This document shows positions 57,221 through 64,000 of a stretch of DNA of 64,000 nucleotides, piece by piece. The stretch is from an uncultured Solirubrobacterales bacterium. Lineage in GTDB: Bacteria; Actinomycetota; Thermoleophilia; Solirubrobacterales; 70-9. A model generated the notes under the pieces. It had not been told where the DNA came from, made no database searches, and saw nothing but the letters and a program-made list of their open reading frames with translations. The DNA lies in NCBI GenBank assembly GCA_963715625.1, contig OY970260.1, positions 2,439,520-2,503,519 on the forward strand, read 5' to 3'. Positions within the stretch are counted from its first letter, which is position 1; the number at the start of each line of letters is the position of its first letter. Position numbers and translations under genes: made by a program.

Positions 57221-57613
57221 GTGAGCGCACCTAACGAACCCGAGCGGCTGAACCAGGAAGGGTTCGCCGTGTTCTCGCAGCGGGCCGGCGACGATGCCCC
57301 GGTGGTGATGCTGAACCTCCTCGCCTTCAAGCCCGACGGAGGGCAGAAGCGCTATGAGGAATACGGCGCCGCCGTCGCCCCGCTGCTCGAGAAGGTGGGA
57401 GGGCGCATCGTCTTCGTCGGGGCGCCCGCGACGGCGCTGCTGGGCGACGACTCCTGGGACCTCGTCGCGCTCGTCGAGTATCCGACCCGGCAGGCCTTCC
57501 TCGACATGATCGCCTCGACCGAGTACCAGGCGATCGGGCACCTGCGCACCGAGGCGCTGGCCAAGGGCGAGCTGCACCCGATGGATGCGGGCGAGATGCC
57601 GACCTTCAGCTAG
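57221..57613 (+). CDS. DUF1330-domain protein
   Basis: VVMLNLLAFK...WDLVALVEYPTRQAFLDM pattern; GTG 57221. Confidence 0.65.
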   Translation: MSAPNEPERLNQEGFAVFSQRAGDDAPVVMLNLLAFKPDGGQKRYEEYGAAVAPLLEKVGGRIVFVGAPATALLGDDSWDLVALVEYPTRQAFLDMIASTEYQAIGHLRTEALAKGELHPMDAGEMPTFS

Positions 57614-57637
57614 GGTGAGTCTGCCGGCGAGCCCGGC

Positions 57638-58108
57638 GTGCCCGCACCACGCGACGGAAGGAGCGAAGTGAACGGCGAAGCGCTCGACGAGATGGGCCCG
57701 ATCGACTACCTGATAGTCGAGTGGCCCGACCGCCAGCCGACCGGCGAGGCAGCGCCCCACCTGATCAACCTGGTCGACCGCGGCCTGATCCGCATCCTCG
57801 ACCTCGCCTTCATCGCCAGGGCCGAGGACGGCTCCGTCGCGGCGCTGGAGATCTCCGACCTCGGCGAGGAGGTGGAGGCCTTCGCCGCCTTCGAGGGCGC
57901 GTCGTCCGGGCTGCTCTCGGACGACGACGTCGCGGCTGCCGGCGAGGCGCTCGAGCCGGGGACGTCGGCGGCCCTTCTGGTCTACGAGAACCGCTGGGCC
58001 GCGCCCTTCGCCGCCGCCCTGCGCCGCACCGGCGCCCAGCTCGTCGCCAGCGGGCGCATCCCGATCCAAGACCTGCTCGCCGCGCTCGACGCGGCCGAGG
58101 AATCCTGA
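57638..58108 (+). CDS. DUF6325/DUF1269-like protein
   Basis: IDYLIVEWPD...IRILDLAFI...ALLVYENRWA pattern; start uncertain. Confidence 0.45.
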   Translation: MPAPRDGRSEVNGEALDEMGPIDYLIVEWPDRQPTGEAAPHLINLVDRGLIRILDLAFIARAEDGSVAALEISDLGEEVEAFAAFEGASSGLLSDDDVAAAGEALEPGTSAALLVYENRWAAPFAAALRRTGAQLVASGRIPIQDLLAALDAAEES

Positions 58109-58121
58109 AGGAGGAAGACCC

Positions 58122-58391
58122 ATGCCGGGACTGCTCAGAGGAGTTGCACGGACTGCCGTCGTCGCCGGGACCGCCACCGCGGTCAGCAATCGCGTCTCCA
58201 AACGCCAGGGCGAGCGCTGGGCCCAGCAGGAAGCCGCCCAGGCGCCCGCGCCCGCGGCACCCGCTCCGGCTCCCGAAGCCGGAGGCCAGTCGACGATCGA
58301 CCAGCTCAAGGAGCTCGGTGAGCTGAAGGCCCAGGGCATCCTCACCGAGGAGGAGTTCGCCGCCCAGAAGGCCAAGCTGCTCGGCTCCTGA
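58122..58391 (+). CDS. SHOCT-domain protein
   Basis: C-terminal LKELGELKAQGILTEEEFAAQKAKLL. Confidence 0.7.
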   Translation: MPGLLRGVARTAVVAGTATAVSNRVSKRQGERWAQQEAAQAPAPAAPAPAPEAGGQSTIDQLKELGELKAQGILTEEEFAAQKAKLLGS

Positions 58392-58431
58392 GCCTTCGCA
58401 CCGGGTCATTCCGTGTAGAGCTGGCTTCGCG

Positions 58432-59670
58432 CTACCCGTTCAACCGCACCGGCAGCGTCTTCAGCTGGTTGAGGAAGGCCGACTCGACGAACTTGGGCTC
58501 GCCGTCGATCGCGATGTCCGGGTAGCGCGCCAGCGTCTCCTCGAGGAGGATCTTCAGCTCGAGCCGGGCCAGCGCGGTGCCGAGGCAGAAGTGGCGGCCG
58601 CCGGCGCCGAAGGCCTGGTGCTCGGGGTTGCGCAGGACGTCGAAGCGGCCCGGGTCCTCGTAGCGCGTCTCGTCGCGGTTGGAGGACGCGTACCACATCA
58701 CCACCTTCTCGCCCTCCTTGATCTCCTGCCCGTTCAGCACGGTGTCCTTCGTCGCGGTGCGGCGGAAGTGGGCGAAGGCCGGGAACATGCGCAGCGCCTC
58801 CTCGACCGCGCCCGGGATCAGGTTCGGGTCGTCGAGCAGAAGCTGCATCTGCTCGCGGTCTTCCATCAGCGCCCGCATGGCGCTGGCGTAGGTCGACCGT
58901 GTGCTGTCGTTGCCGGCGGCGACGAGCAGGAAGAACCCCATCACGATCTCGTGCTCCTCGAGCATCTGGCCTTCCACCTCGGAGTGGATGAGGACGCTGG
59001 TCAGGTCGTCGGTCGGGTTCTCGCGCCGCTCGGCGATCAGCGTGCTGCAGCGGGCGAAGATCAGCTTGATCGCTTCCTGGATCGTCTCTTCCACGTTGTC
59101 GGACGAGGGGCTGTAGTCGGGGTCGCTGGCCGCGAGCGCCATGTTCATCAGCTCCGCCCATGCCCGGTCGTCCTCCGCGGGGATCCCCATGAAGCTGCCG
59201 ATCACGCGCGAGACGGCCGGCTGGGCGACGTCGGTCACCAGGTCGCAGGCCTTCCGACCCTCGAGCCGGTCGAGCGTCCCGGTCACGATCTCGCGGATCG
59301 CCGGCTCGTGCGCCGCGATCCGCTTCGGCGTGAAGCCCGCCTGGAAGAGCGCCTTGAGCCGGTCGTGCTTGGGCGGGTCCATGCCGATGAACATCGCTCG
59401 CGCGAGCTCGATCGGGAAGACCTCGTCGATCGCGACCACGCCGCCGAGTTCGGAGGAGTAGGTCTGCCAGTCGCGGCTGACGGCGTGCACGTCGTCAGCG
59501 GTCGTCACCGACCAGAAGCCCCTGGCCTCCGGCAGCTCCGTCACCTTCGAGGTCCAGTGAACGGGGCATTCGCTCCGCATCTGCCTGAACAGCTCGTGGG
59601 GCGGGCCCTTGACCCAGTGCTCGCGCTCGAGCACCAGCTCGTCCTCGATCTTGCGGGTTCCTTGACTCAT
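58432..59670 (-). CDS. cytochrome P450
   Basis: Heme-binding FGAGGRHFCLGTALAR, EEALR (ExxR) motif, AGNDST I-helix. Confidence 0.92.
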   Translation of the reverse strand: MSQGTRKIEDELVLEREHWVKGPPHELFRQMRSECPVHWTSKVTELPEARGFWSVTTADDVHAVSRDWQTYSSELGGVVAIDEVFPIELARAMFIGMDPPKHDRLKALFQAGFTPKRIAAHEPAIREIVTGTLDRLEGRKACDLVTDVAQPAVSRVIGSFMGIPAEDDRAWAELMNMALAASDPDYSPSSDNVEETIQEAIKLIFARCSTLIAERRENPTDDLTSVLIHSEVEGQMLEEHEIVMGFFLLVAAGNDSTRSTYASAMRALMEDREQMQLLLDDPNLIPGAVEEALRMFPAFAHFRRTATKDTVLNGQEIKEGEKVVMWYASSNRDETRYEDPGRFDVLRNPEHQAFGAGGRHFCLGTALARLELKILLEETLARYPDIAIDGEPKFVESAFLNQLKTLPVRLNG

Positions 59671-59748
59671 TCGATGCTCCTCGTCGGGGTCGGGTGCCGG
59701 ATGCTACCGGGCGACTGGCTGACTGGCCAGTTTGTCAGGAGATGAACC

Positions 59749-60834
59749 CTATCCGGTCTGCCGGCGCGCCTTGCGACTCTCGCGGACCTCGCGGCTGCGC
59801 TCCTTCGCCTCGGTGTAGGAGGACTCGACCAGCTGCCTGCCGCCCGACCAGCCGAAGACCCAGGAGACGAGGGCGATCGCGAAGATCACGTCCCAGGCGG
59901 AGACGATCAGCTGCTGGCCGATCGAGTACGCGGTCGCGTCCTTGGCCGAGGCTTCGCCCGCGAGCGCGGCCGAGTTCATCGCCTGGGTGACGCCGACGCC
60001 GCCCGGGGTCGCCGAGACGCTGTTGGAGATCGAGTTGGAGGCGGTCACGGTGGCGACGTTCTGGAAGGTCACGGGGATCCCGTAGGCGCCGAGGAAGACC
60101 CCGACGATCGCGAGGCGGGCCAGGTAGCTGCCGAGCACGGGCAGGAAGAGCCGCGTCAGCGCCCGCCGCGGCGAGCGCAGGATCGCGCCGCCGGCGAGCA
60201 GCTGGGCGCGGACCTTCGCCAGCCGCTCCCAGAAGGCGCGCGCGAGCAGGGCCAGGAGGACGGCGGCGCCGGCGATCAGGATGACGACCAGGGCGACGTG
60301 GTCGGCGAGGAAGCCGAGCTTGATCGAGAACGAGCCGCCGATCGTCAGAAACAGGTAGAGGTAGAGGCCGACGTTGAAGACCGTGAAGGGGATCTTCTCC
60401 ACGATCAGCCCGGAGAAGACGAGCGCGAAGGTCGCCCCCGTGATCAGCGTCGTGAACATCGCCAGCATCACGAAGGTGCCGAGGTTGGCCGGCAGGAAGC
60501 CGTTGAGGGCGACGGCGACCGCGTAGGAGGCGAGGACGAGGCGGAAGGGGATCGCGGAGCGGGGGAGGGCCGCCCGCAGGATGCCGTACCAGGCGAGCGC
60601 GGCGAGGCTCGTCTGCGCGCTCTCCAGCGCGACCCCGGCGGCGATCGCCCAGGCCGGCACCTCGGCGACCTTGTCGAGGAGGTCCCCGATCCAGGAGAGG
60701 ACCGGGACGCCGGCCACCTCGAGTACGGCCAGAGCCAGGGCGACGCCGCCGATCCAGGCGGCGATGCGCAGCAGCCTGCGGGTCAGCGCGCCGCTTCCGG
60801 CTGGCGCTGGCGCTGTCGCTCCGGCGGTCTCCAC
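59749..60834 (-). CDS. polytopic membrane protein, lysylphosphatidylglycerol synthase TM-region (UPF0104)-like
   Basis: About 8 predicted TM helices with family-like layout; weak recognition. Confidence 0.5.
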   Translation of the reverse strand: METAGATAPAPAGSGALTRRLLRIAAWIGGVALALAVLEVAGVPVLSWIGDLLDKVAEVPAWAIAAGVALESAQTSLAALAWYGILRAALPRSAIPFRLVLASYAVAVALNGFLPANLGTFVMLAMFTTLITGATFALVFSGLIVEKIPFTVFNVGLYLYLFLTIGGSFSIKLGFLADHVALVVILIAGAAVLLALLARAFWERLAKVRAQLLAGGAILRSPRRALTRLFLPVLGSYLARLAIVGVFLGAYGIPVTFQNVATVTASNSISNSVSATPGGVGVTQAMNSAALAGEASAKDATAYSIGQQLIVSAWDVIFAIALVSWVFGWSGGRQLVESSYTEAKERSREVRESRKARRQTG

Positions 60835-60860
60835 GGCGGCACCCTAGCCGTGGCAAGGTC

Positions 60861-60909
60861 CTTCCGGTGCGCTTTATGTGCCCATAGGTGGCATAAAGCG
60901 CACCGGAAG
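60861..60909. repeat. hairpin repeat, family 2, copy C
   Basis: CTTCCGGTGCGCTTTATG (60861..60878) pairs perfectly with CATAAAGCGCACCGGAAG (60892..60909); lies in a divergent intergenic region. Confidence 0.8.
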
Positions 60910-61031
60910 CTGGGGTGGGGAAGCACGCCCACTGGCCAGGCGCCGCGTTCGGTGCAAAGATCGCGTCTCAACCCTGCGACCCGAGAGGAGCGACCGTGTC
61001 GAGTAGAGACCTGAGTTGGTGGAGGGGGCGG

Positions 61032-61412
61032 ATGGCCCGCCTGGCGGTGCTGGTGGTGGCGGTCGGCGCCTTTGGCGCGATCGCGGCCGGATGCGGGGGC
61101 GACAGCGACAGCGACAGCGTCTCGGAGGCCGAAGAGCGGCTCGAACGCGGTCTCGAAGAAGCTAAGAAGGGGCTCGAAAAAGCCAAGGGCGAAGTGAAGA
61201 AGGGCTTCAACGAAGCGGAAAAGGCCACCAAGCAGGGTGTCGAAAAGGGCAAGGAAGAAGCCAAGAAGGGCATCGAAGGCGGCAAGGGCCAGACCGAAAA
61301 GACGATCGAACAGGCCGAAAAGGAAGCCAAGCAGGGCATCGAAAAGGGCAAGGAAGAAGCCAACGAGGCCATAGAGGAAGCCGAAAAGCAGGCCGAAAGG
61401 TACGGCTACTGA
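61032..61412 (+). CDS. K/E-rich repeat lipoprotein (LEA-like)
   Basis: ATG 61032 after GGAGGGGG; lipobox AAGC; repeated AKQG(V/I)EKGKEEA(K/N) units. Confidence 0.6.
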   Translation: MARLAVLVVAVGAFGAIAAGCGGDSDSDSVSEAEERLERGLEEAKKGLEKAKGEVKKGFNEAEKATKQGVEKGKEEAKKGIEGGKGQTEKTIEQAEKEAKQGIEKGKEEANEAIEEAEKQAERYGY

Positions 61413-61439
61413 TACTGGTGGCAAGCCGCTCCGGCGGCG

Positions 61440-62678
61440 TTACGCCATCGCCGGAGCGGGTTGCCGGCTCGACCCCGAGTCCTCGGCTATTTCCGCCGCC
61501 AGCACCTCGACGACCCGCGGGTCGAACTGGGTCCCGGCGCAGCGCCGCAGCTCGGCCAGGGCCTCCTCGACGCTCAGCGCGGCCCGGTAGGGGCGCTGGG
61601 AGGTGAGCGCGGCAAAGGCGACGGCGACAGCGATGACCCGGGCGCCGAGCGGGATCGCCTCGCCGGCGAGCCCGTCCGGCTGGCCGCTGCCGTCGAAGCG
61701 CTCCGAGCCAGCCCGGACCAGGCGTGCGACCGATGCCAGCCCCGGGGCGGCGGAGATGATGCGCTCGCCCGCGAGCGAGTGGCCGCGGATCGCCGCCGCC
61801 TCCTCCGCGCTGAGCGGCGTCTGCTTGCCGAGCACCGACTCGGGAACGGCGAGCATGCCGACGTCGTGGAGCTCTGCGGCGAGGGCGATGTCGTCGATCT
61901 CCTCGCGGGCGGCGCCGATGCGCCGCGCCAGGCTGATCGCGCGGTAGGCGACGACGCGCACCTGGTCGCGCAGATCGGGCTGGCGCGCGCTCATCGCCGC
62001 CATCAGCACCGCGTGGGCCTGGCGGCGCGCCGAGCTCTGCTGGCTCTGCTTCTGCACGGTGAGCCGCTTGCTCGCGAGCTGCAGGGCGCCCGCCGCATCG
62101 GATGCCTCGTCGGGGATCGCAACCTCCCCGTAGGCCTTCGAGATCGGCAGGCCGTGGTCGCTGTCGCGCAGGGAAGCCGTCGTGGCGAGGAAGAGCTCGG
62201 CGGTCTGGCGATCGCCCGAGGGGACCAGCGCGGCCAGCTTGCTTCCCTCGCCGCGGTATGCCCAGCCGCCCAGCGGCGTGACCGCATCGACGAGCGCCTG
62301 GGCGTTGCTTCGCAGCAGCTCGTCGCCCGCGGCGTAGCCGAAGCTGTCGTTGTAGGAGCGCAGGCCCTCGAGCTCGACCAGCATCAGCATGTGCCTCTGC
62401 CCCGGCGCGGCCAGCACCGCTTCGATGTCGGCCTGCAGCTGGCGGCTGTCGGAGAGGCCGGTGACCCGGTCGCAGAGCTCGTCGCGGGTTTGCTGCTCCA
62501 GCTCGTCCGACTGCTTGCGAATCGTGTCGAGCGCTCGTGCGAAGACGCTGACGATCAGCGCCAGGGTGAGCCAGAAGAGGACCTCGGTCACCCGGCGGTT
62601 GAGGTGGTCGTAGATCAGCAGCACGACCGCGACGAGGGCGAAGGCAACGGGGCCGGCTACGGATCTCCACCGAAGCAT
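61440..62678 (-). CDS. membrane protein with degenerate GGDEF domain and HD-GYP-type phosphodiesterase domain
   Basis: ATG 62678; DRVTGLSDSR...YRGEGSKLAALV (degenerate GGDEF); ELHDVGM...GSGQPDGL (HD-GYP with Y to Q). Confidence 0.72.
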   Translation of the reverse strand: MLRWRSVAGPVAFALVAVVLLIYDHLNRRVTEVLFWLTLALIVSVFARALDTIRKQSDELEQQTRDELCDRVTGLSDSRQLQADIEAVLAAPGQRHMLMLVELEGLRSYNDSFGYAAGDELLRSNAQALVDAVTPLGGWAYRGEGSKLAALVPSGDRQTAELFLATTASLRDSDHGLPISKAYGEVAIPDEASDAAGALQLASKRLTVQKQSQQSSARRQAHAVLMAAMSARQPDLRDQVRVVAYRAISLARRIGAAREEIDDIALAAELHDVGMLAVPESVLGKQTPLSAEEAAAIRGHSLAGERIISAAPGLASVARLVRAGSERFDGSGQPDGLAGEAIPLGARVIAVAVAFAALTSQRPYRAALSVEEALAELRRCAGTQFDPRVVEVLAAEIAEDSGSSRQPAPAMA

Positions 62679-62777
62679 CGCTCTCTTTATCGGTCGAATT
62701 GACGATATTCCCAAGCCCCTGGGACGATTGATCAAAATCCACCGTGAAAGCTCGCGAGGCGACTGCTCGGGCATCCT

Positions 62778-63116
62778 GTGGAGGCGATGACGGATTCCGA
62801 GAGCCTGGACGAGTTCGAAGCGCTGGTCGCCGACGCGATCGACGCGCTGCCGGAGGAATTCCAGCGAGTGCTGGAGAGCGTCGCGGTCGTCGTCTCCGAC
62901 CGCGGCGCGGAGGACCGCGCCTACGGGCAGTACTTCGGAGACGGCGTCGCCCGCGATCGCTACGAGGACCGGATCGTGATCTACCGCGACACGCTGGAGC
63001 GCGACTTCGGCCACGACCGGAAGCTGCTGGCGAGGCAGGTGGAGCGCACGCTGCGCCACGAGCTCGCCCACCACCTCGGCTGGGACGAGCGCGGCGTCGG
63101 CGGTCTCGGGCTTTGA
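62778..63116 (+). CDS. zinicin-like metallopeptidase family protein (DUF1025)
   Basis: HELAHHLG zinc motif near C-terminus. Confidence 0.7.
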   Translation: MEAMTDSESLDEFEALVADAIDALPEEFQRVLESVAVVVSDRGAEDRAYGQYFGDGVARDRYEDRIVIYRDTLERDFGHDRKLLARQVERTLRHELAHHLGWDERGVGGLGL

Positions 63117-63820
63117 GCGGCGTCGTCCTGCACTGCGCTCCCCATCCCGACGACGAGCTGGTCGGGGCGCCGGCGACGCTGATGGCGCTGCGCGACGCAG
63201 GCTGGAGGGTGGTCAACCTGGCCTACGGGCTCGGCGCGCCCGAGCAGCGCCGGCGGCGCGAAGCCGAGTTGCGCGAGGCCTGCCGGCGCGCCGGTTTCGA
63301 GCTGCGCCTTCCCGAGGACCCCGACCCGCTCGCAGCGGTCCGCGAGGCGGTTGCGGAGCTGCAACCGGGGATCGTCGTCTCTCCTGGCCCCCATGAGCTC
63401 CATCCTGCCCACGTCCTCGTCGCCGGTGCCGTGCGCGACGCGCTGGCCGATCTCGGCGACCGGGCCCCCCCGCGCTGGTGGATGTGGGCGCTCTGGGGCT
63501 CGCTGCGTCAGCCGACCCTTGCAACCGGCTTCGGGCCACGGCGGATGCAGGAGATCCTCGCCGCGCTCGGCGCTCACGAGGGTGAGCTGGCGCGCAACGA
63601 TTACCGGCGCCTGGTGGAGGGCCGTGCCGCGATGAACGCGTCGCTGGCTCCCGAGCTCCTCTTCGGCTTCGGCGGCCCGGCCGACCGCGACACGGCCTAC
63701 GCGGAGCTGCTCACCGAGGCGATGTCGATGGCCGGTCGCTGGCGCCTCGGCCGGCCTCGCTGGCTGGATGCGGAGGCTCCGTTCGCAGCGCCGGACGTGA
63801 CCGAGGCTCTGGTCGAGTAG
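63113..63820 (+). CDS. PIG-L family deacetylase (LmbE-like)
   Basis: TTG 63113 overlaps upstream stop; VVLHCAPHPDDELVG motif. Confidence 0.72.
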   Translation: MSGVVLHCAPHPDDELVGAPATLMALRDAGWRVVNLAYGLGAPEQRRRREAELREACRRAGFELRLPEDPDPLAAVREAVAELQPGIVVSPGPHELHPAHVLVAGAVRDALADLGDRAPPRWWMWALWGSLRQPTLATGFGPRRMQEILAALGAHEGELARNDYRRLVEGRAAMNASLAPELLFGFGGPADRDTAYAELLTEAMSMAGRWRLGRPRWLDAEAPFAAPDVTEALVE

Positions 63821-64000
63821 CTACCGGACCCTGCAGTCGCCGGGAAGCTTGCTGGTCAGCTGCCTTCCTTCGGGGAAGGTGAAGGTCGCCTTCGCGAGCT
63901 GGTAGACGGCCCCGGGAAAGCCCACCGGGGCGGCGCAGCTGGCGCTGAGGAAGCTGCGGTGCCTGCCGGCGTAGCGGTACTGGCGGCCGATCGCCAGCTC
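63821..64000 (-). CDS. 3' end of an unidentified minus-strand gene (partial)
   Basis: Open frame on the minus strand ending ...PGDCRVR-TAG at 63821; too short to identify. Confidence 0.25.
   Translation of the reverse strand, partial: ELAIGRQYRYAGRHRSFLSASCAAPVGFPGAVYQLAKATFTFPEGRQLTSKLPGDCRVR

Noticed and set aside
61207-63216. 669-aa minus-strand ORF and the overlapping 62744..63820 + ORF N-terminus
   Set aside because: Arg/Pro-rich junk in an alternative frame. The region is better explained by the HD-GYP gene (61440..62678, another minus frame), the zinicin-like gene and the PIG-L gene starting at 63113.

Overview
Very GC-rich (about 70% by eye, not computed) actinobacterial-type chromosomal segment; the taxon cannot be determined from sequence alone. 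The backbone is a conserved housekeeping string on the + strand: alaS(partial)-ruvX-mltG-aroE-aroC-aroK/B-aroQ-pepP ... efp-nusB-(xseB-like)-ispA-dxs ... tlyA-nadK-recN-steA-...-pyrG-M20-DUF3866-xerD-mutM-recO-dgt-dnaG-tRNA-Asn. A less conserved right half carries a glycosyltransferase, SDRs, tRNA-Met, HMG-CoA reductase, a P450 and c-di-GMP signalling genes. The backbone is interrupted by accessory blocks. (i) About 10.6 kb between pepP and efp holds a GGDEF protein, M42 peptidase, SDR, an IS701-like IS, a 734-aa membrane protein and a 915-aa repeat protein containing a 267-bp x ~4.9 tandem array that reads as identical. (ii) About 4.4 kb between dxs and tlyA is bounded by ~50-bp imperfect direct repeats and carries a HEPN/MNT pair, an IS3 element and several frameshifted or truncated genes. 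(iii) An HNH endonuclease sits between dnaG and tRNA-Asn. (iv) Two tandem integrase-less mini-islands lie at tRNA-Met, delimited by three copies of the tRNA 3' half. The signals I rate highest are non-coding. A 117-bp palindromic intergenic element occurs three times, and its outer stems differ between copies but stay perfectly complementary. A 47-49-bp hairpin repeat also occurs three times, and one copy splits a DUF3866 gene such that removing it restores the frame. The third is the tRNA-Met att-core array. Several apparent frameshifts (dnaG, GNAT, DUF4160, and a toxin-like gene hit by an 11-bp tandem duplication) were read directly from the sequence. All product calls come from motif recognition and synteny by eye; no database search was run. 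Many long ORFs in the track are antisense or alternative-frame GC artefacts and were not annotated.
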